DNA from: Macrostomum lignano
Taxonomy: Eukaryota
Reading direction: 5' to 3'
DNA: 29,701 nucleotides
NCBI GenBank assembly: GCA_002269645.1
Contig: NIVC01004978.1
Coordinates: forward strand, 1-29,701
The notes below the pieces were generated by a model. It did no database searches, had not been told where the DNA came from, and worked only from the letters and a program-made list of their open reading frames with translations. The position numbers and the translations under genes are program-made. This document shows positions 9,379-18,820 of this stretch, piece after piece. Positions within the stretch are counted from its first letter, which is position 1. Each line of letters starts with the position of its first letter.

Positions 9379-12300
9379 CTAAATGAGAGCTGGTCGGCTT
9401 TCAAGCTGTTTTATGTGCGTGCTGTAGCCAGAATGAACCAGAGGTTTTTGGGCGTCGGATTGGCAGGCCCCCTCAGGCCCTCCTCCCTTTTCAACGGGGC
9501 CTGGGACCGTCTTTGGCGAAGCTGCTGCTTCACGTTGAAGGCATTGCAGTCGACTCACAAAAATTAGCGTTAAAGTAGAGAGAAATAACAATAGAATCAA
9601 ACCAGCAGCCACAAGTTGAACGACAATCAGCCTCATCCGTTCAGGACTGGGACTTGTTTGCTCTTCTTCCGCAGCCGGCTGGGCAGCCGCAAGCATCCAG
9701 TTGAGCACAGGTTGGATCGAGTCTCCGCATCTGTTTCTGGCCGCATCCGGGAAGCTGATCAGAGCCGGAAGCTGCTCACTGCAGTCCGTAAAGCTCACCA
9801 GCCCGAGTACCTCACCATCAATGGTAAGATTGACAGCTCTGAGTGAACCACAGGAAACTGAGGAGTTCGTACTCTGGACGGTATGGTTTCTGGAATTAAA
9901 GTGTAAATAGTTGTGAAATTTGATTTAATTAGCCAGCCAATTGTTCCGACAGCAGATAAACTGCTATTCTCAAGTTAAGAAACTCACAGCTTATCAGCAT
10001 CCTCGAACTCAGCTATTTTGCAGTCTTCTGCCCCGCAGTTCAGGTAGAAGACCTTCTTGGTCCTGTGCTCATAGAACAGTCCGATGCGAAGCCTCTGTGC
10101 AAGACTCAGCGGCTCCTTGCTGCGGGTGCTCAGGCCGGAGCCGACGCGAGTTCGCTGGCCTGAAGCCGGTGTTCAAGTGGAGTGAAATTGTGCAAAAGTT
10201 AAGGTGTGCGGTCTACAACCCAAGGTAAACAGCGATGTTCAGTAAAGGACACTGCATGCGTTCAATAAGCTGGCAATGAAAACCATTTCTAAGTTACTGC
10301 AGGCGAGGAATTTACACATCTCTCGTGCGTACTGCTCCTATTGTGGGTTTTGCGGCGGTTTAACATAACGGCTTTGTGGGCCTGAAACTTGTGAATATTA
10401 TTCGATAATAATATGAAAACTATCGATATAAAAGTAAGTGCAGGACAACTTTATGTTTCTGATTATAGCGCTATCTGGTATCATGGGCCATATTATTGAT
10501 GCTGTGTGAAGCATGCATATTGCAAAAATTATGTAGCTTAGGCCATAGGAGCTTGGGGTATGAGATGCAACAGCAAATAAAACGAAGCAGGTTTGTAACT
10601 TGAAAACTTTATTGAAATACGAGCGAATTTGGAAATGCAGTTTTTAATTTGCATTAATTATTATTAATTAATTTGAAAATTCGCCAATTAATTCGGCTTA
10701 AATTACCTACAGAGTGTGATTAAACCTTTTAATCATTGTCTTGATTATGATTGGCAATCTGGTGAAAAATGTTTTTTTTCAGTGGCGAAAATGAGCATTT
10801 TTGAGCAATTGTTCAAATTTGATGCATACGCTCGTACACCGCAGCACAATTATCAAGGCAAAACTTCTGGCAACGCATGCATTCTTTCTTTACCTGCGCT
10901 GTTACGTTGTAATAAGCTTTAAATATTGATTTGGTACTGACATGGCGGGTACAAGACCTGAATTTACCAGTTTTCTTGACCCGAAATGTTACTGTACTCT
11001 AAAATTTGGTGATAGACTTCAAGTTGATTCAATGCAAGCTGCACGCCACAGACATTAACCGTAGGAATACCTCAGGGAATTTCTCAGTTAAAATTTCTCA
11101 GGGAAAGGCTCATTTGCACTCATTCTCAGGAGCCATTAAATTCAATAGCTAATGTGCAATGGAATATAGAATTTTACTTCATTTGATTGCAATTTAAATA
11201 AGCTTTTGTAGTGTAATTTAAGGTGCTATTTCTAAGATGGCTTTGTTTTTATCCCTAATCCATTCCTGACATGCATGTAGTATATTGAGGGAAGTTCACT
11301 AACACAGCAGCACTCAGCCCTGTTTTAAGATATATAGTCTTCATGTACTAGTAATTCGTACATTATTGTTTCATTTCGCTAAGTGTTTGTAAAGCCACCG
11401 GTTCACTCCAGCTTACTCTCTGTGACGAAGTTCTGCAGAGCCGCGGAGCTGTTGAAGCTGGCGAGCCTCATGACTCCGCTGTCAGCGCTCATCGCAGCGA
11501 GCTCAGCAGTCAGGGACCGACGAACCGATCCAGTGGTGTAGCAGCTGCTCTCAAAATTAGTCACATTTCTGCCGCAGAATCCCGGCTCCATCAGCCGAAT
11601 TCTCAGAGTCGGGATATTCGCTGAGCTTTTCCGATTCAGCCGGAATGAGACCGTCAGGTAGCTCCTACAGTTTTTATGTAGAGTGCAGTGGTTGAGTTCA
11701 ATTACAGAATTATAGATCTCAGAGAATTGGCCAGCTCTATCGTACCCTTTGGTCAGTTGCAGCACGCGCAGCATCTCCAGTTCCACTGGCTTTGGCTCGC
11801 TTGTTGAAGGCGACGAGCAAGTGGCTGGAAATGCATTGGGATTTTTATTAGCAGGGTGAGAATGAAAGCATTTGCTGTTTTTATTAAGTACCAGCTAGCA
11901 TGGGTCAAAAACTACTGACTGCTTGTTTACGGTAATGGTTAGAACTGGAAATCGAAACCAATACTACATGTACGAGTATAATAGCAAGTTTAACTGTGCT
12001 CAAAGTTCTGCTTACAGTCCGAAGCCTTCGAGTGCAGTTCGTATCGCATCGGTTGCTGTGCAGCTGAATCTACAGATCTTGCCCACCTCCGCTTGCTTTG
12101 GTGAGGCGCCGTGTCAAAGCCAGTCAGAACCACAACGGCTTTGTCAAGGTGGTCAGTCAGAATCTTCCATTTGCAGTTGAGCCCTTCCTCAGGCACAGGG
12201 TCCGCGTCAGTTTTAGGGATGATTCGATCCTCAATGAACTCGAGTTTTTTGCTGAGCTGGAACTCATTGATGTTGCCACGCGGATAGCAGTACCGGTTGC

Positions 12301-13042
12301 CAGCGAGAACTCTGGGAGAAGAATAGAAAAGTAGCTTTGCTGTTGTAAAATAGATATTGTAGTTTAAAACTACGGAAGGGTCACTCCCCTTTGTTAAAAA
12401 ATCGGACTTGTTAGGATATTGTGGGAGAATTGTTTCAATGAGGTAATTTATTGGTTCGTCGGTTCAGTTATTAATCGCACACTGACCAGAAACCAATAAA
12501 TATCTGTACTCTACGCATTGGAGTAAGGACGCGCGATCGATTTAGCGATAAAATTAATATTTTTACCAATTTCAAAACGATAAAGAGATGAGTTCTTACT
12601 GTCCTACTGATAGTAGAAACACAAGAAATGGCGTGCAAAAAGACTTGCTGTTTTGCAGCTACAGTATTAAGATATAGGCCTAATCAAATTAAAATTCATA
12701 CACTGCAAGCACCATTCTCGTTAAGGACAGCCCTCCAAAGAACTGTGCAGCAAGGACAGCCTCACAAAGGACAGCCTCCAAACGAACGAACGACTGCGCT
12801 CCAACAGTATGACACCCCCACCAATCAGTATTATGCCCCAAGCATGGCGCCCCCATGCAGTGTGACATCCAAAAGCATTCAACCCACCCTAAGCAAAAAA
12901 CCTGATTCCGCTCAGAAATCCCAGTTGTGGCTAATTTGGTGCAAGAAATTAAGCTGCGCATCACTCACAGTTGCAGTGCAGCAGACAGCAGCAGAAGAGT
13001 CGCCAGGCTTCTGCCAATCGCTATCTGCAGATTCAGTCGCAT
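9379..13042 (-). CDS. Paralog B: type-I membrane protein with signal peptide, CUB-like domain, CTLD-like domain, TM and 59-aa tail (459 aa, 6 exons)
   Basis: Exons (minus): 12969-13042 (MRLNLQIAIGRSLATLLLLSAALQ, donor GTGAGT), 12016-12311 (VLAGNRYCYPRG...NCKWKI...VVLTGFDT..., donor GTAAGC), 11746-11824, 11417-11664 (GSYLTVSF...FCGRNVTNFESSCY...RLASFNS), 9988-10159 (...LRIGLFYEH...), 9379-9889 (CGSL...FTDCSEQLPALISF, TM LIVVQLVAAGLILLLFLSTLTLIF). Total 1380 nt in frame with consistent phases. CUB and CTLD are assigned by eye from motif spacing. Confidence 0.85.
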
Positions 13043-13119
13043 GTCGCTCACTTCCGGCACCTAAAAATCCCGATTAGGGTTAGATGCAGTATGTAGAGTC
13101 TGTTTCTTTCTGCATCAGG

Positions 13120-13144
13120 ATTTATAGGGAGGCTTGAAACTGCC
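13120..13144 (-). promoter_or_regulatory. Putative core promoter of B (CCTATAAAT; GGCAGTTTCA)
   Basis: 78 nt upstream of the B ATG; conserved with A and C amid divergent flanks. Confidence 0.55.
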
Positions 13145-13706
13145 CATAAGAAATTTGCATTAAAATCAAAGTACTTGTACGTGAGGTATATTAGTACTCG
13201 TATTTATTAATTGGACTAAATTTCCAAGATTTTTGTGTAATGCATTGCACCAACTGTAAAATTCGCTGGGTGGGGTCACCTACCTAACTATGGTCCCCCC
13301 AATCATAAGTACATGAATACATGTACTACTAACTTTTGCACTCTGATTTATGTCCTCATATCGAATGTAGGGACAATTACATGACTCTAGTCCAGTTTTA
13401 AACTCCAGGAACTCTAGCTGCAAGCAATAAAGTACGTATGGATTTTTTATCAGTATGAAATTTTTGGATTGTGAAAGAGGGAACAAAAATTTTAATTGGG
13501 GTCAGACAAAAAGCGCCAGTTCAATTGCTTGGAATAAGTTGTTGGGCTGAGCCACGCGGTAGCCCCGCTAGGCACCCCCTTTTAACAACAAAAATTTTTG
13601 ACTAAATTTTGCAGAGGCTAAAAACTTCTTTTGTACGTTCGTAATACGCTTAATTTTAATTTCGATCTAGCGAAATTTTAACCTTATGAAGTCTCTTGCT
13701 AGAGTT

Positions 13707-14017
13707 CAGTTACGGCGCAGGGGGGAGGGGGCAGGGGGGGCAACTGCCCCGGGTGACCACGGTCACTGTCTCAAGGGGGGGGGTGACGACCCCACCATCC
13801 CCACGGCCCTAGAAAAGACCCTAGGAATGGAGGGAGATGGTCACCCCTGTAATGCAACTTGCATCAATGATTAAAAATGCATTTTTATAAGAATTTTCGT
13901 GTTGTAAATTCGTTTTGTAAGAAGTGTGACCGCCTTGTAAGGGTAAGGGTTTAATTGTAAAGGGGTGACCACCTAACTACTGCCCCCCCCCCAACCAGAG
14001 ATACTGCGCTACCACTG
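13707..14017. mobile_element. MITE-like element with degenerate CAGT...GCGCAG termini and G-rich subterminal tracts
   Basis: Left end CAGTTACGGCGCAGGGGG; reverse complement of right end CAGTGGTAGCGCAG...GGGGGGGGC. Flanking 8-mers match 5/8 (ctagagtt vs cttaagct). No coding capacity. Confidence 0.5.
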
Positions 14018-14082
14018 CTTAAGCTTTCAATGTTCTAAAATTTCAACCCTGTAAAGTTTCGACCTATAGTGAGATAATTTAC

Positions 14083-14128
14083 TTTTCGACGTTGTGAAAT
14101 TTCGACGTTGTGAAATTTCGACCTTGTG
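14083..14128. repeat. Short tandem repeat, 16-bp unit (aaatttcgacgttgtg), about 3 copies
   Basis: tttcgacgttgtgaaatttcgacgttgtgaaatttcgaccttgtgaaa is directly visible. Confidence 0.85.
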
Positions 14129-14921
14129 AAAGCACCCCCCCCTTACAGTGCACGTCTGGCACAAACCCGCGTAAACAGCCCTAGGCTCGTTCTCTTGAGG
14201 TTTTCTTTCGTGCAACAGAACAATATAACAGTATGCATGTATAATTACGAGTATATAAAAAATCTATTTTGAAACGTCATCTGATTTCCAAATGTGTTTG
14301 TTCGATTATATTGCATGTATCATCGAAGATGCTGCCGCAACGCAATAATGGTTTGCTGACATCGGTCTGACGCTCGTAGTTCGTCACATTGCTGTACGAC
14401 GAACTCCATCGATTGTTTTTAAATTAAAAAACAAAAAAAATTTTTTACGATAACGAGTAAATTTAAAAAAATAAAACCAACTTATAAATGTATTTATTGC
14501 GCAAAAACCTAGCTCATATAAGTTTTCTAAGTTAAGCGCAGATACCGCTACCAGGTTTTCCACGAAAATTCCAAACAGGGATTTTAATATATTTATTTGA
14601 CTTAAAATGAAATGTACGAGTAGCAGCTAGCAAGTAATCATGGTTCACTCGACCATAATTATACTTGAATGCTTGCTATACTCTAATGACCCGAGTAGTT
14701 ACATGAATGAGCATGATATATCATATATTACAGTGAAAATCCATCCGCGCATCCATCGAATTCAGCAATACGATATATGTACGAGCATGTACTGTATATA
14801 GCCCAATATGCAAGGCCTCGCGAACAAAAAACTGTTAGTTTAATTACGTAAAATATAAAATCTAGGAGCTTAGAAAAACTTTTGACATTCTTTACTCATA
14901 CTGTAGCTATCTTATCTAGCT

Positions 14922-15101
14922 CAGTTGCGGATCCAGAAATTTTTGTACGGGGGGCGCAGACTACTAAGGTGCATGTTTGTGCATATCATTTACACGTATA
15001 TGTAGCTACCTGAAAATGTGTACTTTTCATATAAAAAAATAAAAAATCAAACTCGACGGGAGGGCCGCGCGCCCTGTAAATCCCCTCTAAATCCGCTACT
15101 G
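14922..15101. mobile_element. 180-bp MITE-like element with CAGT(T/A)GCGGAT terminal inverted repeats
   Basis: Left CAGTTGCGGATCCA; right reverse complement CAGTAGCGGATTTA. GC-rich subtermini in an AT-rich background. Confidence 0.6.
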
Positions 15102-15999
15102 ATTCTAACTTAACAAAAAAGGACTCTTTAACATGGCCATCAAATTATGCTCAAATTTCTTGAAAACTATGGTAACCAAATGTGCTCACTCACTGTCCAT
15201 GTGGACACATACTCACCAAGAGATGTTGGCCAATTTACAACTTCTTGTAGACTTTATGAGAAATCTTATGAAGGGAGCACCGCGGAAAAGCCATGATTTT
15301 ACAGGCGAAGCTGAGGTAACTCTGTGGCAGATCCAAGTAAAACCCAAGTAAAACCCACGGCTTTTCCGCGGCAAATTTTCTCTTAAGCAGTTGGAGTTTG
15401 CCCTTTTTTCAAGTACAACTAAAAGGCAATTCCATGGCTCTTCCATGGAAATTCAGTGAGTAGAATTGTTTAAATAGGTTGGAGTATGGGTGTATGCGTG
15501 CGTTGTTGCCGCCCTTTACATCACCATTGTACGTAGCATGCGAGGAAAGAGAAGCAGAGGACGCACGCTTGATCTGTACTGTGCATGCGCTTCCAGACCA
15601 AACATGCACTGTTCTCTGTACGCCGCCCAACGCTGTACAAAAAAGGAACTTCAGTTTTTCTGTGAACTTTAGAGTTCTTTATTTATTGTTCAAAGCCCAA
15701 AGGCAAAGCAGTCAATTGCAGAGAATGATTACAAGCATGTGACATGCATAGGGTCCGGCGGATGTCACTGTCGTCGAAGTTAAGAGACTAAAATTGTCTT
15801 TATGGACTCTGTCCGGATTTACAACGGTTTTCAGAATGTATTTATGAATTATTTTTTAGTTCAGTTCAACAAATGCGATCAGTGCGAGCTAAAAGTACTA
15901 AGGTGCAGAAACAGCATGAATATAAGTTTCGTCGCTCTCATTTGGTCTTTTTGGTGGAAACTTTAGCTAGAACTTTAGGGTAGGTTTTACATTTTCTCG

Positions 16000-16182
16000 A
16001 TTCTACATTCCCCAGATTTCATATCTCCCAGATTTCACATTCCCCCAGATTTTACATTCCCTCAGATTTCACATTCCCCAGGTTTTGCTTTCCTCCATGT
16101 TTCACGTTCCTAAGATTTCACATTCCCCAGATTTTACATTTCCCAGATTTCACAATTCCAAATTATAAATTCCCAGATTTCC
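16000..16182. repeat. Shorter copy of the 16-bp minisatellite (roughly 11 units) upstream of B
   Basis: Same unit (atttcacattccccag) with the same homologous flanks as 5688-6063. Confidence 0.85.
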
Positions 16183-18820
16183 TCGGCGTCGCAAGGAAAA
16201 CAGCAAGATACGCTGACAGTCCTTTGACATTAGCGGCACAAGTCGCAAAGGAAGGCCACGTCGCCGACCGAATTCAGGGCGCCAGCGTCAGCCAGCAGGC
16301 TGGAGACAAGGCGCAAACCCGCGATGCGTGGCCTGCCTGCTTGTGCGAGCTGGACGCCGCCCTCACCCAGAAGCTATTTTTAGCAACACATCTGTAGAGA
16401 GCCATCTGCATGTGCAAGTACAAGGGGATTCTCTGTTCTGTGCTGAACGCTCCTTTATTTCTAAAAGTCATTACTCTCATTTACAAGTTTTATTTTTCTC
16501 GTATCTTCTGCTTGCATGGCAGAAAGACTTTCAAACACACTGGCCTGTAAAGGCCCTATTATGAGTGCGAGGCTCACATCTCAGAATTTGCAGTACCGAA
16601 TATTTTTAAGGCAGTGTATTTGATCTAGTCAACAAGAACGCATAGGTTCATGTACGAGTACATGTATAATGCAAAAAATGTATAGTTTTAGCGGGGTAGG
16701 TTTAGCGCTCACGCAGTTTCTCTCTGTGCCGTCGTTAGGAAACGGTCAACCCCCAAACCCAACGCATTTTCCTGCAAGTTTTCTGAATCACACGTTCGCA
16801 GGCTGCTGGGTGGCTTGCGGAAACCTAAGCGCTTCTCCAGTGCTCGCTTTTCCAGTGCTTACAATTATTAAAAATTAACAAACCTGAAAATGATATCGCA
16901 AACAAGGTTTGAAACGAGGTACTTAGTTAATTTTCTCTTACTAATCTGAGGGTTAAATGATCAGGCCGTGGCTAGGGAGGGGGCCAAGGGGACCCGGCCC
17001 TCCAAAAAGGCTGTAAAAAATAATGGCCGATTTCCCGTTGACTTGGCGCCCCTTCAAAGCAGGTTTGACGCCTCTGATCTCAATTCTAGCAGTTCTCCAA
17101 CAGCCACTTTGGCTACTTTGGCCTCATCAGCAGCCCCTTGGCGCCACTTGGTGCTGGCGCGTCTCCATGGCGCTGGCGCCTCTTGCTATGGCGCCACTTG
17201 CCAAGACGCAGCCCCCAATAAAAGCCTCAGCTGCAAACCCTGTTATGATAAACTCCATACCAGGTGTGGTAATTCTAAGATTGAACGATAAAATATTGCT
17301 AATTTTGCTAATATTGCTAATCGCACGTCGGATTTTGACTCGCACTGGGTAGAGAGACAACTTCAAGACACTTGTACAAAGAATTGAAGCGTGAACAAGA
17401 ACTAGCTCGTACAGCTATATTTAATACTCTATCGTCTAAATGTTAAAAAGGTTAAAATGGTAAAACGTTACCGCTCGTTGTGGGACGATGTCGTCAAAAG
17501 CGTTGCGCCGGTAGGCTACTCGTACCTTAGAAGAATGCAATTAGCACTAAACAATAGTTAGACAATTCCGAATTAAGAAAATGAATTTAGTAACCACTGT
17601 CTTCATTTGAGATGCTTCAAGAACTGTGCCACAACTAAAGTAGACCAGGTTTTTCTTAAATATGACGGAGCTTATATTCATGCAAAAAAGCAGTTCGTTT
17701 TCACCATCAGCTTTTTCAATCTTATAGCTGGATGTAAAATGAGACATGAAATCTGGCTGGCTTCGGGAACGCAACTATTTCTCTTTGATTACCTTAATCC
17801 TCGGTCACTTAAAATATACATGTAGTTTTCCTATTGCATACTTTCTAGATTATTAACGTTCAACTCTCTGATTACCTTAGCCATGCATGATCACGTAGCC
17901 ATTTGATTGCTTAATTCCAGAATTACTTCATTTTTTGCAGGTGTTTTCAGGATGCCTGTACACTCGTGTAAAGCAGTCTACCACTATTCCACACTTATTT
18001 CACGGTAGTGCAAGGATAGTGACGGGTAGATAAGATAACCCACGTGACAAAACACTCACTCCGGGATGAAATTTGCACATAGGATGAAAGCACAAGTGAG
18101 AGCAACTGTGGAATAATGGACTAAAGTAATTGCTACTGGGCCTGGAAGACAGTATGAAATTCTGATCGGGCAACACTGTGCCCCGCAGAAGCTCAGGCAG
18201 CCGTCTCTATGTACCAACGACGTAAATGAAAGTAACAAAGCAGTAAATGAATTGTAAATAACTAAAATGTACAGAAAGTTTATATATGAAATAGACATTA
18301 CAATTCCGATATTTGCAGTGATTTCCGTATATATGCTACAGAAGCAGCATATTTATGCAGTAATTGTACCAACAACAATGATCCACCCACTAAGCAACTA
18401 TATTTTATTCACATTTTACTGTATGTTGTAAATGAAGTTTTCTATCTAACCACACGTGATTTGTACAGGTGAAACTTTTTCTGTTCTTGATTATACTCGC
18501 GTATTTAGCAGCATTTCTCTCTCTATATTCGGATTCAAATGAGAGATTTAAGGCAGCGAACTCGCATTCTTAATAAAGCCGTTTAAGAGGCAATTATAAA
18601 TATTGTACTTATAGTTTATATATCAGGTAGTTAACAACAGCAGCAAAAATCCAAGGTACAGTGTCTGTTGGATCTTCCGATGAGGAATTGAAACTGAATT
18701 TCGAGCTATCAGACTCCGGAATCATGGATAATTTAGTCTCTGTTGCTAGCTCTGTTATTGGCTGTTCAGACTGAGATGATTAGAGAGACAAAATGTGAGT
18801 TCGAAGGCTTTCAAGCTGTT

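Noticed and set aside
11075-11084. kappaB-like site GGGAATTTCT in intron 4 of B
   Set aside because: A single 10-mer not conserved in other paralogs; expected by chance.
18600-18775. Possible exon 7 or longer tail (SEQPITELATETKLSMIPES...; DQPISALAKETK... in B/D) after an acceptor-like CTAATCATCTCAG
   Set aside because: C-vs-B differences show no third-position bias, no conserved donor exists in exon 6, and the frame is broken differently in each copy. Most likely 3'UTR.
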